Origin: Oligoflexales bacterium
Lineage (GTDB): Bacteria > Bdellovibrionota_B > Oligoflexia > Oligoflexales > RGVZ01
NCBI GenBank assembly: GCA_044236265.1
Contig: JBIIGV010000025.1
Span: 1-29,126, forward strand
DNA: 29,126 bases
Direction: 5' to 3'
A program made the translations under genes and the position numbers. Below the pieces are notes generated by a model. It saw only the letters and a list, made by a program, of their open reading frames with translations, had not been told where the DNA came from and did not search any database. This document shows positions 18,031 through 27,408 of this stretch, piece after piece (position 1 is the first letter of the stretch; every line of letters starts with the position of its first letter).

Positions 18031-18522
18031 TTATTCAATGACGAACAAAGCTTGATCAAATTCCACTGGCTGACCATTCTCAACCAAAATCTCGCGGATA
18101 ACACCATCGCGGTCCGCTTCGATTTCGTTCATGAGCTTCATGGCCTCAATGATACAAAGTGTCTGGCCCTTTTTCACGCGCGCTCCAACATCAGCGAACG
18201 GATCAGACCCCGGACTTGATGAGCGATAAAATGTCCCGACAAACGGTGACTTCAGGATATGACCTGATGCAAAAGATTTTGCAGTTCCGGCAGGAACATC
18301 TGCTTTAGGAGCCGGCGGCTGAGGAACAGCTGACATCGGCGCAGACATCATCGCTGCTCCCATCATGGGAGCGCCCATCATGGGCATGCCCGCCATGGGA
18401 GAAGCCGCGACGGGAGCTTGCATCGTAATTTCAACTTTTTGGTCTTTAGACTCGACTTTGACGTGGTTGAACCCTTGCTTGCGCATGAGTTCCATTAACT
18501 GCTCGATGTTTTTCAAATCCAT
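18031..18522 (-). CDS. accB: Biotin carboxyl carrier protein, 163 aa
   Basis: SPFVGTFYR, biotinylation motif EAMKLM, and an Ala/Pro/Met-rich linker. Confidence 0.96.
   Translation of the reverse strand: MDLKNIEQLMELMRKQGFNHVKVESKDQKVEITMQAPVAASPMAGMPMMGAPMMGAAMMSAPMSAVPQPPAPKADVPAGTAKSFASGHILKSPFVGTFYRSSSPGSDPFADVGARVKKGQTLCIIEAMKLMNEIEADRDGVIREILVENGQPVEFDQALFVIE
18325..18399 (-). repeat. Five degenerate 15-bp (pentapeptide) tandem repeats in the AccB linker
   Basis: [25 protein letters not shown]; cccatcatggg/ccatcatggg recurs at a 15-bp period on the plus strand. Confidence 0.6.
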
Positions 18523-18579
18523 GATCCACCTATAAGCTATTGCTGTTTCAAGAAATCAACCAAGTAACGTGCTTAAAGA

Positions 18580-19143
18580 TCAATTCTGCACTTTAGAGAG
18601 ATACTCGTTGGTGCGGGTGTCAATACGAAGAACATCACCCTCTTTAATATGGAACGGCACCTGCACCACCAAACCTGTTTCAAGTTTAGCCGGCTTACCG
18701 CCGCCTCCAGAGGTGTCGCCTTTGATGTTAGGTTGGGTCTCAACCACCTTCAAGTCGACATGATTATCCACTTCAACGGCAACGGCACGACCTCTAAAGA
18801 AGGTCACACGCGCGTTTCCATTCTCAATAATGTAGTAGCGTGCGTCTCCAATCTCGTCTTGGCTTAGAGAGAATTGTTCATAGTTGGAGACATCCATAAA
18901 CGACCAGCGATCCCCATCATTATATAGATACTGCATCTCGCGGGTTTCGACGTCAGGGACATTGACTTTGTCACCGGATTTGAATGTGACCTCAACGACC
19001 TGACCAGTCTCGAGATTCTTCAAGCGGGTTCGGACAAAAGCGTTCCCTTTACCCGGGCTCACATGCTGGAATTCGACAATGGACCATGCCTTGTCGTTAT
19101 ATTCGATTTTTAGACCTTTGCGAAAATCCTGTGTTGAGTACAT
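18580..19143 (-). CDS. efp: Translation elongation factor P, 187 aa
   Basis: HVSPGKGNAFVR, MQYLY, KGDT...KPA.LETG..V.VP and IDTR..EY motifs. ATG 19143 with GAAGGA SD gives the canonical EF-P length. Confidence 0.97.
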   Translation of the reverse strand: MYSTQDFRKGLKIEYNDKAWSIVEFQHVSPGKGNAFVRTRLKNLETGQVVEVTFKSGDKVNVPDVETREMQYLYNDGDRWSFMDVSNYEQFSLSQDEIGDARYYIIENGNARVTFFRGRAVAVEVDNHVDLKVVETQPNIKGDTSGGGGKPAKLETGLVVQVPFHIKEGDVLRIDTRTNEYLSKVQN

Positions 19144-19292
19144 ACGGCTTCCTTCAGCATCACTGGCTGCCAAGATGATGGCTCTTATAAAACGGACCAT
19201 CAAGGTACCCTAAAATTCGGGGCCGTGGCAATAGACGCCAAACACTAAGGTCGCAATTTTTGGAGAATAAGCTTGGATTGCTCTAAATTTAT

Positions 19293-20060
19293 TCAGCGTA
19301 CAGGGGCGGCGTCCGTTTGCTTTTCGACACGCCGCATTTTGAATCGCTTCGCAGGCTGACTTTCATTTGGTGATGAGTCCAAAGTCCTTGATGACGCGTT
19401 ACGGGTGGCTCCTTTGCTGGAACGCCAAAGCTGATCCATTGTTACATGGCGCAGCACCCGCAAAAGCTCGCCGCGGAAATGCCCCACTCGAACAAACCGC
19501 TCCCTCTGGATTCCCTGCCCTGGTAGCCTAATATCCTTCCCTCCGGTCGCGTGGACGATGTCGGCCGACTCTGAGCTATGAACGGTCTCTACAATGACGA
19601 CATGGCCGCGGTAAACCAACAGGTCACCTGCAAGAAGTCCATCAGCTGAAATGGACACTGGACGAAGATTGTATTTGTTCAGAAGAGCGGATGCATCCAG
19701 ATCAAGCATCTGTGTTGACGTCAAATAGGGAAATCCCAGATTGGCTCTGTTAAATACAAGCTGCACGAAATGAGAACAGTCTAGGCTACACCCGGTGCAA
19801 ACGCTGCATAACTTGAAGCGCTCTTTAGGCGCTGGTCTTTTTGATTCCAAACAGCGGTTGCAGGTATCACAGGTCTGAGAGTCGCCAACTTTGTTGCCCC
19901 CGTACACATAGGATACCTCCAGATTCTCAAGCATATCCTCCCCTGCTAGCCGTAAGGCCTGCTGGTAACGGCTTAATTCCCCTGCAATATCAGCGGCAAA
20001 GCCATGGCCAGCAACAAATAAGCTTAAGCTAATCAGGAGGTTACAGATCGCTACTGACAT
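19293..20060 (-). CDS. Secreted NlpC/P60-family cysteine hydrolase with a Cys-rich insert, 255 aa
   Basis: Signal-peptide-like N-terminus; YVYGG, LDCSHFV (catalytic Cys), GDLL, GHV (His) and VHA motifs. ATG 20060 has a GGAGG SD. Confidence 0.8.
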   Translation of the reverse strand: MSVAICNLLISLSLFVAGHGFAADIAGELSRYQQALRLAGEDMLENLEVSYVYGGNKVGDSQTCDTCNRCLESKRPAPKERFKLCSVCTGCSLDCSHFVQLVFNRANLGFPYLTSTQMLDLDASALLNKYNLRPVSISADGLLAGDLLVYRGHVVIVETVHSSESADIVHATGGKDIRLPGQGIQRERFVRVGHFRGELLRVLRHVTMDQLWRSSKGATRNASSRTLDSSPNESQPAKRFKMRRVEKQTDAAPVR

Positions 20061-20074
20061 TTGCACGCCTCCGC

Positions 20075-20105
20075 TCAACAAAGTAGGGGTTTTACCGATA
20101 TTATA
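20075..20105. promoter_or_regulatory. Divergent promoter region: sigma28-like motif on plus overlapping a perfect -10 on minus
   Basis: Plus strand TCAA-N15-ACCGATAT (20075-20101) faces the DedA-hydrolase gene; minus strand TATAAT (20105-20100) lies 39 bp upstream of the NlpC/P60 ATG. Confidence 0.4.
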
Positions 20106-20183
20106 GTCAAAACAGGAGAGCAGGGCTACTTTCGCGCAATACCGCGCCAACTCGGGCGTCTTGGACTTCCAAAGGAGTTCGCC

Positions 20184-21725
20184 GTGAACCAACACGACGA
20201 CAAAAATAAAACTCCGCCCGGAGACCCCGAGCAGTTGCGAAACGACCATCGCATTCTGCAACTGTTTCCCCTACCCAACTTTAAATTTAACTATTTCCGC
20301 GCTGCCATGCTCATGGAGATGTCTCTTCTCGGCATCGCTGTGGTCTTTGCATGGAGTATTTGGAAAGTCTGGTGTCCGCAGGGGGTCGATGCTTGTATCG
20401 GTAACCAACAGTTCGCTCCAGGACACTACCTTCTCATGGCATTGGCTCGACCCTTCCTTCTCACGCCACACGTCTTTGGCACCTACCTGGCGGCCCGCAG
20501 TTTTCCCGAATGGGAAGCTATTATTCTGGCGGCTTTTGCCAGCACCATCTCAACAATCCCCGTGTATGGACTTAGCTACATCCTTGGACGCACGATGGTC
20601 GAACCGTGGATGAGTCGAAACCTCCCGTCGACATATCGATTCATGCACTCACAGGATTACAAGCTGATATTTGCAGCGCGTTTGATCCCTATTTTCCCAT
20701 TTGATTTGGTGAGCTTTCTCGCCGGCTCATTCAAATTGCGCGCCAGAAGCGTCTTTTTGTTTACGTTCTTAGGCATCATCCCCGAATGCTTTTTCATCGT
20801 CTCCATGTCATCGCCCAAAGTCACGTTGCTAGGATGGACCGTCAACGCCATAGGCCTCACTGCAGGACTGATTATTGCGCCTCTTTTAGTTTTTGAGTGG
20901 TATAGTCGCAAACGAGGACGAAGCATGTGGGCTACGCTTCTTGCCGCGTATCGAGAGATCATGGAAGAAGCGAGTCTTAACAATCAGATCATTCGACGTA
21001 ACAGCCGCATCGATCCCGAAAAAACACCTGTGCTGCTGATCCACGGTTTTTTCTCAACGCAACGCTCCTTGAATGTCATGGAACGACAGTTGGTGTCTCA
21101 GGGCTTTGACGTGCTCAGCTTTAATCTAGGCGGTCTATTCGGAACATTTTTCACGCAGGGCGTGGCTGAAACGGCAAATTTTATCGACTACAAATTGAAG
21201 CGTCAGATGGAACGCCACGGATTTAAGAAAGTCCACATTGTTGCACACTCAAAGGGCTCGTTAGTTGCTATTTGGTGGCTGCTAAAACTTGGTGGAAGTA
21301 AATATTGTGACAAACTCGTAGCTATGGCCGCACCTTGCAGTGGCAGTTATTTCACTTATCTTGCGTTAATTACACCCCTCGGATTCTTCTGGCGCGACGT
21401 GTGGCAAATGCGTCCTGGTAGTAGTTTTCTACAGTACTTGAAAGATAGTGACGTACCGTCAAATCTCAAAATCTACTCGGTTTACAGTGAAAACGATCTC
21501 GTCGCTCGTGGAAAACTTGGAGTCTTCCAGCCAAGAAATGGCAAAGAAAATGTCACGAGTATCGCGATGAATGACCTCAGTCACTTTGACTTTGTGATGC
21601 GACGTGATCCCATCAAATTAGTCATCAAACTTCTGAAAGACCAACCACTGACAGACCAGGACAAAGACCTCTCCGATTCAGAAATTCTAAGCCGCATTGG
21701 TGGCGGGATTGATAACGCTTCCTAA
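20184..21725 (+). CDS. DedA/VTT (TVP38/SNARE-associated) membrane domain fused to an alpha/beta-hydrolase (lipase-like), 513 aa
   Basis: VTT-like ARPFLLTP and AARLIPIFPFDLVSFLAG..FTFLGIIP; hydrolase motifs PVLLIHGF, AHSKG nucleophile elbow, SENDLV (Asp) and SHFD (His). GTG 20184 has an AAGGAG SD. Confidence 0.8.
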   Translation: MNQHDDKNKTPPGDPEQLRNDHRILQLFPLPNFKFNYFRAAMLMEMSLLGIAVVFAWSIWKVWCPQGVDACIGNQQFAPGHYLLMALARPFLLTPHVFGTYLAARSFPEWEAIILAAFASTISTIPVYGLSYILGRTMVEPWMSRNLPSTYRFMHSQDYKLIFAARLIPIFPFDLVSFLAGSFKLRARSVFLFTFLGIIPECFFIVSMSSPKVTLLGWTVNAIGLTAGLIIAPLLVFEWYSRKRGRSMWATLLAAYREIMEEASLNNQIIRRNSRIDPEKTPVLLIHGFFSTQRSLNVMERQLVSQGFDVLSFNLGGLFGTFFTQGVAETANFIDYKLKRQMERHGFKKVHIVAHSKGSLVAIWWLLKLGGSKYCDKLVAMAAPCSGSYFTYLALITPLGFFWRDVWQMRPGSSFLQYLKDSDVPSNLKIYSVYSENDLVARGKLGVFQPRNGKENVTSIAMNDLSHFDFVMRRDPIKLVIKLLKDQPLTDQDKDLSDSEILSRIGGGIDNAS

Positions 21726-21741
21726 TGCAGAAGCATTACCA

Positions 21742-21770
21742 TTGACTGCTTTAATTATTACTGACATATT
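21742..21770 (+). promoter_or_regulatory. Sigma70-like promoter for the hybrid kinase
   Basis: TTGACT-N17-CATATT with TG extension; a second extended -10, TGCTATTAT, lies at 21804-21812. Confidence 0.45.
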
Positions 21771-21823
21771 ACGCGCGGTTTCGCCTCCTGCAATCTAATC
21801 TACTGCTATTATTGAATATTTTC

Positions 21824-24235
21824 ATGAAACGCGTTTTTATCGCTGTCATTTCTTTTTTTGCCTATCTGGCTGCCGCAGAAGTCGGTGCCCTGATCCACGC
21901 CGTGAGTGGCTACACACCAACAATTTGGCCTCCGGCAGGCATTGCCGTTGCCGGCGTGTTGCTGGGCGGAACATATGCCACACTCGCTATAGGCTTGGCG
22001 GCATTCATCGTTAATCTCCACCTTGACCTCACATGGCAACCAGCCATGCTCGCCGCAATCGGGAGTACAGTGGCCGCGTGGCTCGCTGCCCGCGCGCTCA
22101 CTTTAAGAGAGACCTTCGACTGGGGATTTAATCAACCCCGAGACGTAATATATTTCTTGGCCACTGCAGTTCTCGTTTCACCGGCTGTGAGCGCGGCTTT
22201 CTCTGCCATCGCGCTGACTCATGCAAAGATTCTTGTCGTTGCAGATCTTCCTAAGTTTCTCTATGCGTTCTGGATTGGTGACGGTCTTGGAATCCTCATG
22301 ATTGTTCCGGTCGTTATGATCTGGGCGACAGCCCCTGCAAGACGCGCCGTATTAAACCGCCCATGGGAATTTGCTGGATTGATACTGACAGCTATTATCC
22401 TCAACGCTTATTTGTTCATTAATTTTGAATTGATCGAGCCGCTTAGTTCTCCGGCTTTTCGTCGCCTATTTGTTCTGTTTCCAGTTTTGATGTGGGGCGG
22501 GCTCAGATTTGGCTCACTTGGGCTTTCTAACGTCATGTTGGTTGCATCAGCCTTGGCAACATATGGAGCAACCCACGAAATCTGGATGTCTCACACTGAC
22601 GGCATTCCTCCGGGATTATATACGGCACAGCTGGGTATCGGTATTTCAACCATGACAGGTCTGATCTTTGCAGCTGTCATCGGACGCACCACAAGTAACG
22701 AAGAGCGGTTTCGGTCGATGTTTGAACGCAGCGAGATTGCCATGGGAGAAGCCAACAGCTCGGGCCGTTTTGTCTATGTAAATGATAAGTTTTGCCAACT
22801 CACGGGTTATGACCGGTGTGAATTACTGACCATGATATTTGCTGACATCACCCACCCGGACGATATCGAGTCCGAAGCAGTATTATTTAAACAGCTTCTC
22901 GCCCGGCAACGAACCTCAATGAAAACTGAAAAACGGTATATCACCAAAAAGGGAGACATCATCTGGGTGGATATCGATGCATCGTTAATTGATCACGGCC
23001 CAGCCATAGAACCAACCGCAATGGCAGTCGTTTCCGACATCACACAACGCAAAAAAGCAGAGCAAATGGCAGCAAAAGCTCAACAGATGGCGGAAAAAGC
23101 AAATCAAGCCAAGTCTGAGTTTTTGGCCTCGATGAGCCATGAAATCAGGACACCTTTAGGAGTCATTGTTGGTTTTTCGGACTTACTTCGTCACGACGGC
23201 GTATCAGTAGAAACAACTAAAGACTTTGCCGAGACAATCCATCGCAATTCAATGGAACTTGGTCGCCTGATAGACGACATCCTCGATCTTTCAAAGGTGG
23301 AATCAGGGAAATTAGATCTCACGCCCGAAGACATCAGTCTTCAGAGTATTTTTACAGACATCCGTGACACTTTCCGACTAGCCGTTGAAGGAAAATCAAT
23401 TAAACTAGAAACCCTGATAGACACGAACGTCCCAGAAAAATTTAAAACTGATCCAACGCGACTTCGTCAGATATTAGTCAATCTTGTCGGCAACGCCGTT
23501 AAATTTACCAAAAAAGGTTTTATAAAAGTACACGCTACAATGGCCAACAACAATCAATTAAGCGTCACTGTCCAGGATTCAGGATGCGGGATTAACAGAA
23601 ACGATATCAATGAACTTTTCGAACCCTTCTCTCGATCTAAAACTGCAAAAGACCTTAACATTTCTGGTACTGGCTTAGGGCTCGTGTTGTCCAGACGCCT
23701 AGCGCGCATGCTCGGCGGAGATGTCACCTTGGAGCATAGCCGCATTGGACAAGGCTCAACATTTAAAATGACTATTGCCATAGAGCCAAGCAACAACGTC
23801 GCCGAAATACAATCTGCTTTGATTTTACCCTCTGAGCAAAACATCCTCCCGCATTTAAGTGGTGTTAAGGTATTAATTGCAGAGGACACCCCCGACCAAG
23901 CATTACTAATCAAGCTCATTCTAAAAAATGTCGGCGCGACCGTTGATGTAGTCAACAACGGAGCCGATGCCGTAGAACGGGCACTCTCCGGTGACTATTC
24001 GGTTGTCCTCATGGACATGCAAATGCCGGTCCTCAATGGCTACGAGGCAACAACAAAACTGCGCAAAAACGGATTTAGTAAACCTGTTATTGCTTTAACA
24101 GCGCAAGCAATGACGACAGATTTGGAAGAAGCAACAAACGCTGGTTGCAGCGGGCGAGTGAGCAAACCCTTTACAGCAGAAAATCTAGTTTCTGCGATCG
24201 CACAGCAATTAAGTTCAAAATCAGCCCACGCTTAA
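21824..24235 (+). CDS. MASE1-PAS hybrid sensor histidine kinase / receiver, about 803 aa
   Basis: MASE1 (IWPPAG, WIGDGLG, FPVLMW), PAS ([22 protein letters not shown]), H box [10 protein letters not shown] box [11 protein letters not shown] boxes DSGCGI and GTGLGL, REC (AED, LMDMQMP, SKP). Start is ATG 21824 or TTG 21812. Confidence 0.93.
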   Translation: MKRVFIAVISFFAYLAAAEVGALIHAVSGYTPTIWPPAGIAVAGVLLGGTYATLAIGLAAFIVNLHLDLTWQPAMLAAIGSTVAAWLAARALTLRETFDWGFNQPRDVIYFLATAVLVSPAVSAAFSAIALTHAKILVVADLPKFLYAFWIGDGLGILMIVPVVMIWATAPARRAVLNRPWEFAGLILTAIILNAYLFINFELIEPLSSPAFRRLFVLFPVLMWGGLRFGSLGLSNVMLVASALATYGATHEIWMSHTDGIPPGLYTAQLGIGISTMTGLIFAAVIGRTTSNEERFRSMFERSEIAMGEANSSGRFVYVNDKFCQLTGYDRCELLTMIFADITHPDDIESEAVLFKQLLARQRTSMKTEKRYITKKGDIIWVDIDASLIDHGPAIEPTAMAVVSDITQRKKAEQMAAKAQQMAEKANQAKSEFLASMSHEIRTPLGVIVGFSDLLRHDGVSVETTKDFAETIHRNSMELGRLIDDILDLSKVESGKLDLTPEDISLQSIFTDIRDTFRLAVEGKSIKLETLIDTNVPEKFKTDPTRLRQILVNLVGNAVKFTKKGFIKVHATMANNNQLSVTVQDSGCGINRNDINELFEPFSRSKTAKDLNISGTGLGLVLSRRLARMLGGDVTLEHSRIGQGSTFKMTIAIEPSNNVAEIQSALILPSEQNILPHLSGVKVLIAEDTPDQALLIKLILKNVGATVDVVNNGADAVERALSGDYSVVLMDMQMPVLNGYEATTKLRKNGFSKPVIALTAQAMTTDLEEATNAGCSGRVSKPFTAENLVSAIAQQLSSKSAHA

Positions 24236-24259
24236 AAATGGGCAGCAATCGTTAGTTCT

Positions 24260-25600
24260 TCATAGAGAATCAATGACCAGTGTGCCTCGAAAAGACCCCT
24301 GACTCACTGATGAATCTAACAACTTGTTCAAGTCCTGCCGTACCAAAGAAAGTCGCCTTGGAGGCGTACCGGTCAGCTCTGAAACCACCTCTCCTGAATG
24401 TGATGCACAACTGACGCCGTCAACACGCCACTGATACACTCCCGAGAGTTCCGGTGGTGGTGCCCAGTAAAAATCTTCGTCATTGAGATTTGCAGAAAAG
24501 ACAAGCTTTCCAGAGGCATTTTCGACAATAAAGCGATACCTCACATCCCTTGCACATGTCTCGGGACGCTCCCATTCAAACAAGATCACCGGCCAAGCAC
24601 TCTTGCTGTACCAAACCAGATTTCGTCCTGGGCTCCGCACCTTAATCCGCTGACTTAAAACTCGCCCAGGGATATCCAACTCAGCCACCGCGTTTGTCTC
24701 TTTACCCCCAGTCAACTCCGAATTTTTGTCAAACACCTTAACCTTCTTTACTTTTGATTTATATGAGCCATCGATTGTCTGAACCTGTGCATTGTAAGTT
24801 CCAGTCGCCGTCACCTTTACGGTCAGCTTGTTACCGATAACCTGAGCGTAAGGAACCTTTTGCTCACCGTCTTTCCAAAAGTAGATGTTGTAGTTTGTCA
24901 TATCCCCTTTACCAACAAGACCCTCACGCTGCCAGCGCAAGGGGATCTCCGCTGGAATCTCGCTCGCTAACGCAACCTGATTATTAGTTGGAGTTTCAAT
25001 TTTTATTTTCCCAGTGGATCCCGATACCGAAACCGGCTCTTCTTTTTTGGTTTCCTTTGACGCATCTGACAGGAGCTTCAACAGCTCATCACTCACCCAA
25101 TCTTTCGCCAACATACCCATCGCCTCTTTCTTCCAGGCGTCAGAAAATGACTCATTAATTTTCTTAAATTTATCTATCGCTTTAAGGGTCAATGCATTTG
25201 GCAACGCCGAAATCATTCCTTTTTCGAGCGTGACCTTTCTAAATGCACTTCGACTAAGACGCACAATCATCGGCGATTTAATGGTGATTTTTGTGACCTT
25301 AGTATCCAAGCCTTCACGCCCCAAAGAATCATTGGCCGAGACTGATACAGTGGCATTGGGAGGCACCATCAAAATTGAGCCGTCTGGAATCGACCGACCC
25401 AAGCGGGCCGTTTTCCACTCGGCACTAAGCGGTAGTTGGTATTGAATCAGTCCCTCGACCTGTACAAACTTAAATTGAACTGCTAACGGCCCCGCACCTT
25501 GCACTGTCGTCACTCCAAATGATTGCGCAAGAGAAGACCCAGTCCATGACAACACTGCCACTACAACTAGAATTCTCAATTGACCAAAAGAAACGGTCAT
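24260..25600 (-). CDS. Exported protein with a FecR-like N-terminal region and two Ig/Fn3-like domains, 446 aa
   Basis: Signal peptide ending SLA-Q; VEG.IQ...W..A..G..I.DG pattern reminiscent of FecR-like domains; two P..N/G...(L/F).W...Y......G.Y.(A/W).V blocks. ATG 25600 forms an ATGA overlap with the PP2C gene. The CDS is solid; the domain calls are tentative. Confidence 0.6.
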   Translation of the reverse strand: MTVSFGQLRILVVVAVLSWTGSSLAQSFGVTTVQGAGPLAVQFKFVQVEGLIQYQLPLSAEWKTARLGRSIPDGSILMVPPNATVSVSANDSLGREGLDTKVTKITIKSPMIVRLSRSAFRKVTLEKGMISALPNALTLKAIDKFKKINESFSDAWKKEAMGMLAKDWVSDELLKLLSDASKETKKEEPVSVSGSTGKIKIETPTNNQVALASEIPAEIPLRWQREGLVGKGDMTNYNIYFWKDGEQKVPYAQVIGNKLTVKVTATGTYNAQVQTIDGSYKSKVKKVKVFDKNSELTGGKETNAVAELDIPGRVLSQRIKVRSPGRNLVWYSKSAWPVILFEWERPETCARDVRYRFIVENASGKLVFSANLNDEDFYWAPPPELSGVYQWRVDGVSCASHSGEVVSELTGTPPRRLSLVRQDLNKLLDSSVSQGSFRGTLVIDSL

Positions 25601-27408
25601 TTCAGAACCCCTAGGACCAGACACATGTCGTCTTCCACGACAACATCTTGGTTCTTCTGCCGCCAAATCCCAAGAACATGATCCATCGCCTGTTTTGCAC
25701 TCTTTTTTCGAGCACCTTTCAGAGACTCGAATAAATGCTTGCGCGAGAAGCCTTTTCCGGACGACGTCTGCACCGTCATCAGGCCGTCAGAAAAAAACGC
25801 AATTAAGCCTCCACTTCCCAGCTGAATCGACTGCTCTGACACCTCGAGGACATCCGAGATACCCAAAATATTACCGTTTGCACCAACAGCACCTTTGGGT
25901 TTAATCATGACACCTTCGGCATTCACAGCTACCGGCTGAGGATGACCTGCGTTCAACCAAGTCAACTTTCCGTCTGCTTTACTCCATTTAGCAATGATAC
26001 CAGTGGCCGTCGACTTTCCTGCGCCGTAGCCATAGAGCGCTCCATTGCATCGCTTTAAGAACTCCTCCATATCAATCGCTTGTCCCTTACGGAACAACTG
26101 TTCCTGAAAGCAGACCGAAATCACCGGCGTCATCATAGAAGACTCAATACCATGCCCCGTGATGTCAACAATCGCAATAATATGTTCGCCGCGCTCTTCA
26201 TCAAAATGAACTCCGTACCAATCACCCGCAAGCTGAAGAGACGGCTCATAGACTGACGCAATATCAAACTCATGGGTACCCCGACCATCTGGCTTAAACA
26301 GAAAGCGATCTTGAATGGTACTGGCCATTTTGATCCCTTGCTCCATCTTCATTTTCTCAAGCTTTGCGACGTTCAAAACAGCGATTTCTCTATCCCGCTT
26401 CACCAGATTTTCTGTCATGGCCGCAAATGTTGTAGTCAAAACCCCAAGCTCTCCGAAACCTACTTTAGGGATTGCGACATTAAAGTCACCCTTTGAAAGC
26501 CTGGTTGCTACGTCCGTAAGAATCCGTATCGGACGCGTTGCGAACCACAAAGGAATCTGTAAAAGAATCAGCGTCAAGACAAGAGCGGCTACTGAAATTT
26601 TTCCAACCTTGTTTATAGTTGCATAAATGCCAAATAGAGCCGTTCGTTTCGATTTCTCTGCAAACAAAATGAGATTTGTTTTACTGATCTCCTGATAAAA
26701 ACCGTAGAATGACTCTTTTTCCAGATCGAACTCAGCTTGCCCTTGTTTAAATGGCACTTTGATGAATGATTGGACAAGAGGCCGAGTCATTAGGTTGGCT
26801 GGAGTCACAGCATCCGAATTGTTGTAAACTAACTTCCCAGAACGATTTGCAACATAAACGACAGTATTTTCACTTTTCAGATTAAAAAGACCCTTTATGT
26901 CCCCAGCCGTAACCGTATACAAACGAATTGTGGAAACCTTACCATCGGCCAAATCACGCACAACGAAAAGAAGATCTCCAGAAACATCGGTTAGAATGCC
27001 GTTGAAATTTGAACTTGGCGAAAACAATGCAAAATCAAGGCCAAGACTTTCAAACGTTTTTAAATTTTGATACTTCCCTGAAACCCATTGCACGTTTTTG
27101 GTGTTCACAACAGAAAATACTGCAACAGGCGGACGAGCTGTTACTTTTGCAGTAAGTCGAGGCATTTTATCAGAGATGGCCTGCGATTGCGTCTCCATAT
27201 CTAAAAATAGAATCGTCCACGCATCACGAAGATTCGTCTCGTAAAGAGTTTTCATCGACTGGTAAACTGAAAACCCGGCAGCACCAAGTATCCCCATCAA
27301 GCAGATAACGGATAGCACCATGCGTATGCCCGGGCGATATGAGAATTTCATCTTGCCGGGTTTGGCCGATGATTTTTGTGGTTGTTTTTTGACTTCAGAG
27401 TCTGACAT
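25597..27408 (-). CDS. Membrane sensor PP2C (SpoIIE/RsbU-type) phosphatase with periplasmic Cache-like and HAMP domains, 603 aa
   Basis: Two TMs; HAMP (RPIRILT..GDF..GELGVL); intact PP2C motifs AGDWY, VDITGHG, NAGHP, FSDGL and EDDMCLV. Confidence 0.9.
   Translation of the reverse strand: MSDSEVKKQPQKSSAKPGKMKFSYRPGIRMVLSVICLMGILGAAGFSVYQSMKTLYETNLRDAWTILFLDMETQSQAISDKMPRLTAKVTARPPVAVFSVVNTKNVQWVSGKYQNLKTFESLGLDFALFSPSSNFNGILTDVSGDLLFVVRDLADGKVSTIRLYTVTAGDIKGLFNLKSENTVVYVANRSGKLVYNNSDAVTPANLMTRPLVQSFIKVPFKQGQAEFDLEKESFYGFYQEISKTNLILFAEKSKRTALFGIYATINKVGKISVAALVLTLILLQIPLWFATRPIRILTDVATRLSKGDFNVAIPKVGFGELGVLTTTFAAMTENLVKRDREIAVLNVAKLEKMKMEQGIKMASTIQDRFLFKPDGRGTHEFDIASVYEPSLQLAGDWYGVHFDEERGEHIIAIVDITGHGIESSMMTPVISVCFQEQLFRKGQAIDMEEFLKRCNGALYGYGAGKSTATGIIAKWSKADGKLTWLNAGHPQPVAVNAEGVMIKPKGAVGANGNILGISDVLEVSEQSIQLGSGGLIAFFSDGLMTVQTSSGKGFSRKHLFESLKGARKKSAKQAMDHVLGIWRQKNQDVVVEDDMCLVLGVLK

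Noticed and set aside
20061..20261. Apparent 200-bp head-to-head overlap of the NlpC/P60 and DedA-hydrolase ORFs
   Set aside because: Artefact of longest-ORF calling; SD-supported starts at 20060 and 20184 remove the overlap.
59..21725. fabH, accBC and the DedA-lipase as one lipid biosynthetic gene cluster
   Set aside because: Separated by unrelated operons with their own promoters; efp-accB-accC is a standard housekeeping arrangement, and no ACP or PKS genes are present.
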